The notes beneath the pieces are model-generated. The model saw nothing but the letters and a program-made list of their open reading frames with translations. It did not search any database and was not told the origin of the DNA. A stretch of 64,000 nt of DNA. It comes from Vicinamibacterales bacterium. GTDB taxonomy: Bacteria > Acidobacteriota > Vicinamibacteria > Vicinamibacterales > UBA823. A program made the position numbers and the translations under genes. Below, piece after piece: positions 20,246-28,200 of this stretch. The stretch's first letter is position 1. The number at the start of each line of letters is the position of its first letter. The DNA lies in the NCBI GenBank assembly GCA_965197385.1, contig CBDANA010000008.1:146155-210154 (forward strand), read 5' to 3'.

Positions 20246-22594
20246 TCACTGGAGGATGTCGAAGAGCTGCGTGTATTTCAGCGTGAGGGTCCGCCCTGCG
20301 GCACTGGGCATGGCGCTGCCGATACCACGAGTGTCGTTATACACGAGGAACAGGCCGGTGTTGGCCTGCTGCAGCCAGGCGAGCCGCAGATTCGCCGACC
20401 ACAGATCCGCTCGGTCGTTGTACTGAATCAAAGTCTGAAGGGATATGCGGGGCGAGAACGAATAGGAGATTCTCGCTCGAGCAAGATTCGTGACGAAGCT
20501 GCCGCCAAGAATATCAATGTCGTTGCGGCTCAAGCCGAACTCGGTATTGAGCGTCTCACCCACGCGAAACCGGACCGTCGGGGTCATGGCCACCCGATCA
20601 CCCCCGAAGAAGCCACCGATCGTCGTGCGCACGCTGAAGCTCAACGGGGCGCCTTGATTGGTCATGACCACCAGCTGCGCTTCCATGTGGTCGTACGTGC
20701 CGGGCGGCACGACCACATCCGGAAAGATCTCGAACGAATCCACCACGCCTTCGCGCGTGATGTTCATGCCCGTGTGTACTTCAGTGCCGTCCGGCCACTC
20801 CCAGTGATTATCGATGTGGGTGCGGCCCGTCTCCTGAAACCCTTCGAAATCCCAAAAGCCGTTGAAGCCGACGTGCGGGCGTAGCTCGTGTAGGCCGAAA
20901 AAATCCTCAGGCCGATACGCGTACTGGACCCTTCCTCCGACGGAGCGGAACTCCGTTCGCGTCAAGAACCCAACTTCCGGATTGAAGTTCTCTGCCACCT
21001 CGGAGTAGCTGAGGCTCGCCTCCCACGCCTGGGAGGAGTAGGCCGAGTTCAGGCCGTAGGCGTACTCGTTCCCCCTCAAGTCTGGTGTCTGACTCCGAGC
21101 CATGAATCCGTTTATAGACCCGTCCTGACCGATTCCAATACGACCATCCACGGCGTAGGTTTGATTGTGATCGCTGTCGCCCGCCAAGCGACCCGTCGCA
21201 GAACGATTGACGAAGATTGCGCCGACGTTTGAGCGATTTCCAAGGTCCTTCCGAACGCGCGCCACGGTGAAGTTATTGGCGGCGACCGGGTCGTCCGGTT
21301 CGTCGACCGTGTCGGTTTGCATGTTGAGGAACCCGACATTGAAGCCGTTGCCCACCTGACCCGACAGCCGTCCGCCGCCCACGATGGGAATCACTTCGCC
21401 CTCGGGCCCGATACCGATACGCCGGCTGAAGAAGATCTCGGTCTGACCTGGGTTCCCAACCGTGAACAGCCCGGCGTTCTCGAGGAAGAACGGTCGCTTT
21501 TCAGGAAAGAACAAGTTGAAGCGGTTCAGGTTAACCTGCTGCTCGTCGACCTCGACCTGAGCGAAATCGGTGTTATAGGTTGCGTCCAACGTCAATGCGG
21601 GTGTGATGCTGTACTTCAGGTCCGTCCCGAAGTCGCCGGTCCAGTCGTCGAGGCGGGGCCTGGAGGTGGTGGCGTTTTGTCGCAGGCGTCCGCTGAGCAC
21701 GTACGGCGTGATTTTCAGGTTGCGCTGGGCCGGTACTTCGAGCCCCGACAGCCGTCCCGCCATCGAGAGGCGATACAGACCGTACTGTCGCGGCAGCGGG
21801 GCCCAGAACGCGGTCTCATTGTTTCGCCGAATATTGCGCTGGAAGTTCATACTCCAGGTTTGCGATTGTCCGGACGGATACCGAATCGTGCGAAACGGAA
21901 TAGCGAACTCCGCGCTCCACCCGATCTCCGAGACCTGCGTCGCGACCTGCCACGAGCCGTCCCAGTTGAGGTTGAAGCCGCCCCCAGCGCCGCCCTGAGT
22001 ACGCCCGCCGCCACTCCCAAACCGGCCGCCACCTTGCCCTTCGTTCACGAGCTGGCCGTCGAACTCCAGTCCGGCCGGGTTGGTGCCAAAGACGAAACCG
22101 TTTTGCTGGTCGAGATAGGTGTCGAGGACGATCTGAAAGCTGTCAGTGTCGTCCAGTGACGAATCCCGTCGACTGTCCGACATGATGATGCCATTGGGAT
22201 CCGTGTCGAAGCAGACGACGCCAAAATACAGGGTGTCCTCGGTGTAGACGATTCGAACCTCCGTCCGCTGCGTCGCAGGCTGCCCCTCGTCTGGCCGGGT
22301 CTGCCGAAAGCCAGTCGCAGGCTCCGCGCTCAACCAGGTTGGGTCATCTACGACGCGCCCGTCCAACACTGGCGGCCCCGCGACGCGGACCGCTAGCGCG
22401 ACCGGAACACTGAGAGACAAGCCTTGGGCCTCTTCAGAGTCAGCGTCCCCGGACTGCGCAACCGCCTCGCCTCCGACGAGCACCAGACCTCCGAACGCCA
22501 GAGCGGAAATCACGGCCGCGGACATCACGCTTCGCACGAACCTACCGAACAACGCTATGAGCAACACCGCTTTCCCCCTGAAATCATCAGTCAC
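20246..22594 (-). CDS. DUF5916-type outer-membrane protein with a CBM9-like N-terminal domain (passenger gene)
   Basis: Signal peptide, DTDSFQIVLDTY..NGFVFGTNP..NWDGSW..GWSAEFAIPF block, and a long beta-rich C-terminal region. Confidence 0.7.
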   Translation of the reverse strand: MTDDFRGKAVLLIALFGRFVRSVMSAAVISALAFGGLVLVGGEAVAQSGDADSEEAQGLSLSVPVALAVRVAGPPVLDGRVVDDPTWLSAEPATGFRQTRPDEGQPATQRTEVRIVYTEDTLYFGVVCFDTDPNGIIMSDSRRDSSLDDTDSFQIVLDTYLDQQNGFVFGTNPAGLEFDGQLVNEGQGGGRFGSGGGRTQGGAGGGFNLNWDGSWQVATQVSEIGWSAEFAIPFRTIRYPSGQSQTWSMNFQRNIRRNNETAFWAPLPRQYGLYRLSMAGRLSGLEVPAQRNLKITPYVLSGRLRQNATTSRPRLDDWTGDFGTDLKYSITPALTLDATYNTDFAQVEVDEQQVNLNRFNLFFPEKRPFFLENAGLFTVGNPGQTEIFFSRRIGIGPEGEVIPIVGGGRLSGQVGNGFNVGFLNMQTDTVDEPDDPVAANNFTVARVRKDLGNRSNVGAIFVNRSATGRLAGDSDHNQTYAVDGRIGIGQDGSINGFMARSQTPDLRGNEYAYGLNSAYSSQAWEASLSYSEVAENFNPEVGFLTRTEFRSVGGRVQYAYRPEDFFGLHELRPHVGFNGFWDFEGFQETGRTHIDNHWEWPDGTEVHTGMNITREGVVDSFEIFPDVVVPPGTYDHMEAQLVVMTNQGAPLSFSVRTTIGGFFGGDRVAMTPTVRFRVGETLNTEFGLSRNDIDILGGSFVTNLARARISYSFSPRISLQTLIQYNDRADLWSANLRLAWLQQANTGLFLVYNDTRGIGSAMPSAAGRTLTLKYTQLFDILQ

Positions 22595-22731
22595 GCCGTC
22601 TGAAACGCCCGGTGCCCCGTCGGCGCAAAGCGGGGCCTGGGCCTCCGAAGTGGCCGTTCCTATGAAGCCGCAAATGGCAGAGTAGGCCGATGACGAGGCA
22701 GCCGCCCAGCTATTGTGGATGCCAACTCTAA

Positions 22732-24392
22732 CCCGGGATTTTCATTTTGCCTGTCCCGGATGGCACCGTTATACACCCGACCGCCGCCGAGCGCACGAAA
22801 TTCTGTTCGTCGCACAATCGTCCAGCTCCAGAGACTGTCACTCAGCCCGCGCTGACGTGCGACCGACTGGAGCCGCTGTTTTCACGGCATTTCTCAGACA
22901 CTGGTCCACACGTGCGCCGTTTCTTCGCCGGAGTTCCTCGGGAAGCGGTCGCCCGCTATCCTCCCGGCACGGGCAGCGCCCAGATCCTCCGCAGCATGTC
23001 GCCGAACAGCCGACGGGTCAGATGCCCTTCTGCCAGCAGGAGCCAGTAGTCCCTGGCATGCTTCACCAGCCGGCCTCCGGTTTTCACCAGCCGCTGCTGG
23101 AGACTCGTGAGCGACCAGCGCGTGACCCGCGGCGGCAGGACCCATCTGCGCCAGAGGTTGCCCAGGTTGTAGGCCAGGACACTCAGTTGCAGGCGCACTT
23201 CGTTCGCCCGGAACCGAGGGCACGACAGCCGCGTCCAGTGGGTGGCCTGCTTGCCTTCCTTGATCCATTGCTCCGCCGTGCCGCGCTTGTTGTAGAACCG
23301 TACGACCGAGCGGCTCGGGAGGGCCATCTTGGTCACGATGAAGCCGACGCGCGGGAACAGCTCCCCTCGGTGGTGCTCCACCTTGGCGACAATCCGTCTG
23401 GGCGTGGTCCAGCTCTTCGCCTGATAGCGGAAACTCTTGTAGCGCACCAAGGGCTTGCGGCTCGGCCGTCCCGGCGGACGAAAGAGGAGGGCTTCGATTT
23501 CCAGCTCCACGCTCTTGTTCGCCGGCATGCGGATGACATAGTCCACGTCGCGCGTCTCGAGCGCGTCGTAGATCTCCGGCTTGGCAAACGCCGCGTCCGC
23601 GCGGAACGCCACGCGCGTACCCTCCGCCTGCTGCCGGTCAATTTCCGGCACGAGCAGGTCGTCCCAATCGTCGGCGCTATGCACGTTGCCGGGCCGCAGC
23701 GGGGCGGCCACGCAGTCGCCGTGCTCGTTGAACAGAAACAGCGGGTGGTAACAGACTGATTCAAAGTGCCCGTTGTACGCGCTCCCTTCCTGCGCCCCAT
23801 GCACCGGGCTCTCACTCGAATCCATGTCGAGCACAATCCGGCCGGCGCGCGTTGGCATCTCAGCCTGTGCGAGCACCTCCCGGTTCACGGCCATCAGCCC
23901 GACGAGCTTCTCCTCTCGGGTCAGCAGCTCAGTCTCGAACCAGTGCAGCGGCGAGGTCAGCGCGCCACCGCGGTCCCAGAGCGTTGGCGCCCCGATGAGA
24001 CGAAACGTCGGGTCCGCCGACACGCGCACCGCATCGTTCAGGTCTTCGTAGCCCGCGAGCCGGCTGTAGACCGACTGTCGCAGGAGATCCGCCAGGCTGA
24101 ACTGGGTGTGCAAGCCCTGTCGGGAGTCGCTCAGGTGCTCGGCGATGAGTGTCGCCAGCCCCAGGCGTTCATCCAACTCGCGCACCAAAAGGAGACCGGC
24201 GTCGGAGGTGATGCGCGACCCCTGGAATGCGACCTTCAGAAAGCCATTGAACGTGAACTGAAACGCCTCGTGCTGTCATTCACCCACAGGGTGTCACCCT
24301 CCGTGGCGGGGTTCCTTGCGTCGGAGCCCCGGAAATCAAGGCGCGGCGACTGGCCTGCCGATACGGTACCACAGCCAAATCGGAAATCCGGG
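22732..24392 (-). mobile_element. IS1380-family insertion sequence (1661 bp)
   Basis: Inverted ends CCCGGGATTTTCATTTTGCCTGT (22732..) and rc CCCGGATTTCCGATTTGGCTGT (..24392). Confidence 0.8.
22956..24257 (-). CDS. IS1380-family transposase (no canonical in-frame start found)
   Basis: RITSDAGLLLVRELDERLG, DMDSSESPVHGAQEGSAYNGHFESVCYHPLF and LRPGNVHSA blocks. The frame is open from 24257 back to a TGA, but the only nearby ATG (24279) is in another frame. Confidence 0.8.
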   Translation of the reverse strand, partial: FTFNGFLKVAFQGSRITSDAGLLLVRELDERLGLATLIAEHLSDSRQGLHTQFSLADLLRQSVYSRLAGYEDLNDAVRVSADPTFRLIGAPTLWDRGGALTSPLHWFETELLTREEKLVGLMAVNREVLAQAEMPTRAGRIVLDMDSSESPVHGAQEGSAYNGHFESVCYHPLFLFNEHGDCVAAPLRPGNVHSADDWDDLLVPEIDRQQAEGTRVAFRADAAFAKPEIYDALETRDVDYVIRMPANKSVELEIEALLFRPPGRPSRKPLVRYKSFRYQAKSWTTPRRIVAKVEHHRGELFPRVGFIVTKMALPSRSVVRFYNKRGTAEQWIKEGKQATHWTRLSCPRFRANEVRLQLSVLAYNLGNLWRRWVLPPRVTRWSLTSLQQRLVKTGGRLVKHARDYWLLLAEGHLTRRLFGDMLRRIWALPVPGG

Positions 24393-24470
24393 CTGAAGGC
24401 GCCGCGGCTCATCAGCTGCACCGGCCGCCGCGTGCCGGCCACCGAGGTCCTGGCAATCAAGAATCTCTAG
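24393..24470 (+). pseudogene. dam: detached 3' end of dam (LKAPRLISCTGRRVPATEVLAIKNL*)
   Basis: Reads in frame from the CTGAA duplicate. The sequence is a typical Dam C-terminal tail, and the stop TAG lies inside a CTAG. Confidence 0.7.
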
Positions 24471-24483
24471 CAGCCCGTGGTGA
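24471..24483. repeat. solo terminal fragment of the MITE-like element (copy D)
   Basis: CTAG|CAGCCCGTGGTGA, then unrelated sequence. Confidence 0.5.
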
Positions 24484-24511
24484 CGGCACGTCGGAACTTC
24501 CCGCCGCTATA

Positions 24512-25675
24512 ATGCGGCGGATGTCTGTCTCAGTCGGCCTTCAACACCTCGCGGCCTCCGGCCGCCTCGCCGGCCAGCGTGTCGGCCTGGTCTGCAATCC
24601 CGCGTCGATCGACAATCAGTTGACCCACGCGACGGACCGGATCGCAGTGCTTCCTAAGACTCGCCTGACTGCCCTGTTCGGTCCGCAGCACGGGTTTCAG
24701 TCCGATCGGCAGGACGACATGATCGAGACGCCGCACGCGCGAGATGCCGCGCGAGGCGTTCCGGTCTATTCGCTTTACAGCGAGACGCGCACGCCCACGG
24801 CCGGAATGCTGCGGGATCTGGACGTGTTGGTCGTCGACCTGCCAGATGTCGGAACGCGCGTGTACACCTATGCCTACACGATGGCGAATTGCCTGCGGGC
24901 CTGCCGCGAGCACGGTGTGCCGGTCGTCGTCACAGACCGGCCGAACCCAATCGGCGGAGTTGGGGTGGAAGGCCCCCTGCTCGATCCGTCATGCGCGTCG
25001 TTCGTCGGCCAGTTTCCGGTTCCCCTGCGCCACGGCCTAACGATCGGCGAGCTGGCCCGGCTCTTCAACGACGAGTTCGGCATCGGCGCAAGCCTCGAGG
25101 TCGAGCCGATGACGGGATGGCAACGGCCGATGCACTTCGACGAGACGGGCTTGCCCTGGGTCTTGCCGTCGCCGAACCTGCCCACGCTGGACAGCCTCCT
25201 CGTCTATCCGGGCATGGTGCTGCTGGAGGGAACGAATCTCTCCGAGGGGCGCGGAACGACGCGACCCTTCGAGCTGTTCGGCGCGCCCTGGCTGGACGGC
25301 GCCCGGCTGGCGGAGCGCCTGAACGACACCGGGCTGCCCGGCGTACGTTTTCGCCCGGTCGGGTTCGAGCCGACGTTCCAAAAGCACGCGAACACCGCCT
25401 GCGGCGGATGCCAAATCCATATACGCGATCGACGCGCGTTCCGCCCGGTCCGCACGGCGCTCGCCGTCCTGGACGCCTGCCGCGACGCAGACCCCGAGCG
25501 CTTCGCCTGGCGTCAGCCGCCGTACGAATACGAGCACGACCGGATGCCGATCGATGTGCTGTGGGGATCGGACGCGCTCAGGCGCTCTGTCGAAGCCGGA
25601 GCGCCGCTGCTGAACGTGCTCCGGGAGCCGTCCGAGGATTTTCTGGAACTGCGCGCGCGGTACCTGCTGTATTGA
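24512..25675 (+). CDS. DUF1343 family protein (NamZ-like exo-beta-N-acetylmuramidase)
   Basis: FGPQHGF, VVDLPDVGTRVYTY, DRPNP, LPSPNLPT and LSEGRGTTRPFE blocks. Confidence 0.8.
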   Translation: MRRMSVSVGLQHLAASGRLAGQRVGLVCNPASIDNQLTHATDRIAVLPKTRLTALFGPQHGFQSDRQDDMIETPHARDAARGVPVYSLYSETRTPTAGMLRDLDVLVVDLPDVGTRVYTYAYTMANCLRACREHGVPVVVTDRPNPIGGVGVEGPLLDPSCASFVGQFPVPLRHGLTIGELARLFNDEFGIGASLEVEPMTGWQRPMHFDETGLPWVLPSPNLPTLDSLLVYPGMVLLEGTNLSEGRGTTRPFELFGAPWLDGARLAERLNDTGLPGVRFRPVGFEPTFQKHANTACGGCQIHIRDRRAFRPVRTALAVLDACRDADPERFAWRQPPYEYEHDRMPIDVLWGSDALRRSVEAGAPLLNVLREPSEDFLELRARYLLY

Positions 25676-25682
25676 GGGGCTT

Positions 25683-26477
25683 CTACAGGCAGTGCCGGAT
25701 CAGGTGGTCGCGCAAGTGCTCGAACGCCGCACCCGGATCGTCGGTGCGATGAATCGCCTTCAGATCGCGCTTCGAGATGGCGCCCCAGTCGACGAGCGGC
25801 TGCAGGTTTAGGATCTGGTCCCAGTAGTCACGGCCGTACAGCACGACCTCGGTCTTCGTCGAGATCCTTCGGGTCTGCGCCAGCGTCAGGAACTCGAATA
25901 CCTCGTCCAGCGTCCCGAACCCGCCCGAGAAAATGACGAGCGCCTTGGCCAGGTACGCGAACCAGAACTTCCGCATGAAGAAGTAATGGAACTTGAAATG
26001 CAGGTCGTCGCTAATGTAGCGGTTCGGCCGCTCTTCGAAGGGCAGACTGATCGTCAACCCGATCGTCTTGCCGCCGGCCTCGTGCGCGCCGCGATTGGCC
26101 GCCTCCATGATGCCGGACCCGCCACCGGAGCAGACGACGAATCGATGGCGCGGCTTGTCCAAGCCCTGGCTCCAGTCGGTCAGCCGCCGGGCGAGCTCAC
26201 GCGCCTCCTCGTAGTAGCGTGACCAGGCCACCGCCTGGCGGCAGCGGCGCAACCGTTCGGCGCGCTTCGGGGATCGGGCCTGCTCGCGCTTGAGCGCCTG
26301 CGTCGCCCGACGCTGGCTGTCGACCCGCGCCGAGCCGAAGAACACGACCGTGTCCTCGATCTGCTTTTCCTCGAATCGCTTCAGCGGCTCGAGATACTCC
26401 GACAGGATGCGGAGCGGGCGCCCTTCGTCACTCGCCAGAAACTCCGGCATGAGATAGGCGGGGCGTGGCTCGGCCAT
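25683..26477 (-). CDS. LOG-family (TIGR00730) nucleotide phosphoribohydrolase
   Basis: GGGSGIMEAANRGA and PGGFGTLDEVFE-like motifs (FSGGFGTLDEVFE). ATG at 26477; codons further upstream lie in the IS5 end. Confidence 0.8.
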   Translation of the reverse strand: MAEPRPAYLMPEFLASDEGRPLRILSEYLEPLKRFEEKQIEDTVVFFGSARVDSQRRATQALKREQARSPKRAERLRRCRQAVAWSRYYEEARELARRLTDWSQGLDKPRHRFVVCSGGGSGIMEAANRGAHEAGGKTIGLTISLPFEERPNRYISDDLHFKFHYFFMRKFWFAYLAKALVIFSGGFGTLDEVFEFLTLAQTRRISTKTEVVLYGRDYWDQILNLQPLVDWGAISKRDLKAIHRTDDPGAAFEHLRDHLIRHCL

Positions 26478-26507
26478 ATGCCAGCACTCTATCATTCGCA
26501 GCCCTAG

Positions 26508-27802
26508 CAGGCTGCTAAAAAAGTCCATGGAATGGGATCGACAGATCGATCCCGGCGTACTCCCATGCTCCCAATATTGCTGAAGGGAGCCACCTCATGC
26601 GCGGACACGATGAGCAGACCCATCACATGTTCAGTTACCGGTCGCCGGAACAGCGCGTGCCGGCCGATCCTCCGCTCCGCGCGGTCCGCGCGCTGACGGA
26701 TCACGCGCTGAAGACGATGTCGCGCAGGTTCGCCGGCCTGTACGCCAAGACGGGACGTCCGTCGATCCCGCCTGAGCCATTGTTGCGGGCCCTGTTGCTG
26801 CAGGTGCTGTACACGATCCGGAGCGAACGGCTGCTGCTGGAAGAGCTCAACGACAACCTGCTGTTCCGCTGGTTCGTCGGCTTGCATATGGACGACCCGG
26901 TCTGGCATCCCACGACGTTTACCAAGAATCGTGACCGGCTGCTGGCGGGGGATGGCGCGGCCGCCTTCGTTGATGCGGTCCAGGCCCACGCCCGGGCGGC
27001 CGGTCTGCTCTCGGACGAGCATTTCACGGTGGACGGGACGCAGTTGGAAGCCTGGGCCAGCCTGAAGAGCTTCCGATGCCGGGACGCCGCGCCGCGCGCG
27101 CCCCCCGATGACCCCGGGAATCCCACGGTCGACTTCCACGGCGAGCGGCGGCGCAACGACACGCACCAGTCGACGACTGATCCGGCGGCGATGCTGCATC
27201 GGAAGGGCCAAGGGAAGGAGGCGAAGCTGGCGTCTCTGGGCCACGTGCTGTTGGATAATCGGCAGGGGCTCGTCGCCAACGTCTGTGCGACCCACGCGAC
27301 GGGGACCGCCGAACGCGAGGCGGCGGCACTGTTGCTGGAGGCCAGCGCGCCGCCGGGCAGCACGGTCGGAGCAGACAAGGGCTACGATGTGGCGAGCTTC
27401 GTCGCCGATGTCCGCGTCCGGGACGTCACGCCCCACGTGGCGCAGAAGGTCCGCTGGCGGGCGATTGATGGTCGGCCCACCCGGCATGCGGGTTCTCACG
27501 TGAGTCAGCGGAAACGAAAACTCGTGGAACAGGTCTTTGGGTGGAGGCAGACCGTCGGTGGTTTGCGCAAGCTCCGGCCTCGCGGCGTCCCACTCGTCGA
27601 GTGGCAGCTCACTTTCGCCGCCACGGCCTATAACTTGGTCCGCCTGCGGAATCTGGAGGCGACGTGTCCCTGCTCGCCGGCCGCGCGTGTCGCCGGCCCC
27701 CTCATCGGGGTCAGCGCACACCCGTGCGCACGGTCGTCGGGCGGTCGTTACCCGCATGATGCTTAAGAAAACAGCCCGATACCCGGGTTCTTCAGCAGCC
27801 TG
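26508..27802 (+). mobile_element. IS5-family insertion sequence (1295 bp) with a CTAG target duplication
   Basis: Ends CAGGCTGCTAAAAAAGTCC / rc CAGGCTGCTGAAGAACCC. CTAG at 26504-26507 and 27803-27806. Confidence 0.88.
26597..27766 (+). CDS. IS5-family DDE transposase
   Basis: InsH-type N-terminus (GRPSIPPEPLLRALLLQVLY..FRWFVGL) and a DDE region (VGADKGYD.., AYNLVRL). Confidence 0.9.
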   Translation: MRGHDEQTHHMFSYRSPEQRVPADPPLRAVRALTDHALKTMSRRFAGLYAKTGRPSIPPEPLLRALLLQVLYTIRSERLLLEELNDNLLFRWFVGLHMDDPVWHPTTFTKNRDRLLAGDGAAAFVDAVQAHARAAGLLSDEHFTVDGTQLEAWASLKSFRCRDAAPRAPPDDPGNPTVDFHGERRRNDTHQSTTDPAAMLHRKGQGKEAKLASLGHVLLDNRQGLVANVCATHATGTAEREAAALLLEASAPPGSTVGADKGYDVASFVADVRVRDVTPHVAQKVRWRAIDGRPTRHAGSHVSQRKRKLVEQVFGWRQTVGGLRKLRPRGVPLVEWQLTFAATAYNLVRLRNLEATCPCSPAARVAGPLIGVSAHPCARSSGGRYPHDA

Positions 27803-27956
27803 CTAGAGCCTGGGGTGAGACAACCTGGCATGCAGGGGCGTGCAACGCTGTGAGCAGCCTTTGACTCCGCGCATCCGAGCCGGTACCATCGGGCGCTTGC
27901 GCCGGTCCACGGACGCCCCGTCCAAACTGAACCGGCCGCGCTCGACCGGACGATGA

Positions 27957-28185
27957 AGCCACTCGATCTCACTCGCGCTCGCCATCTCCGCCGCGTGGCG
28001 ACAATTCCTGAATCCGTACGGCACTAGCGTTGCCGTGGACGGTCGGGGCGTCCACGGCGGTGGTATCGAGTGGACGATCAAGGACGGCGTGCCGTATCAC
28101 GTGCCAACCTTGATGGCAGAGGTCCGCGACATGGTCAATGAGGCGCGCGCCGCCGAACGCGGCCGGGTCACAGCCGGACAGCCCT
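27957..28185 (+). pseudogene. possible C-terminal remnant of an amidohydrolase-type gene
   Basis: Frame 0 reads ..GGGIEWTIKDGVPYHVPTLMAEVRDMVNEAR..*. There is no start codon, and the frame is bounded upstream by a stop at 27954. Confidence 0.3.
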
Positions 28186-28200
28186 AGCAGTGACGGATCG

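Larger units (their letters stand above)
20085..24392 (-). mobile_element. IS1380-family transposition unit (IS plus 2.65 kb of passenger DNA), 4308 bp, flanked by CTGAA
   Basis: Perfect 5-bp direct repeat CTGAA at 20080-20084 and 24393-24397. Removing the unit restores a continuous dam ORF (..ELLNLK|APRLISC..). Confidence 0.75.

Noticed and set aside
19327-24470. A restriction endonuclease partner for the Dam-like methyltransferase (an R-M system).
   Set aside because: No candidate nuclease ORF lies beside either dam fragment. The neighbours are an IS256-split lipoprotein gene, the IS1380 unit and a DUF1343 gene. I treat it as an orphan, now disrupted, methyltransferase.
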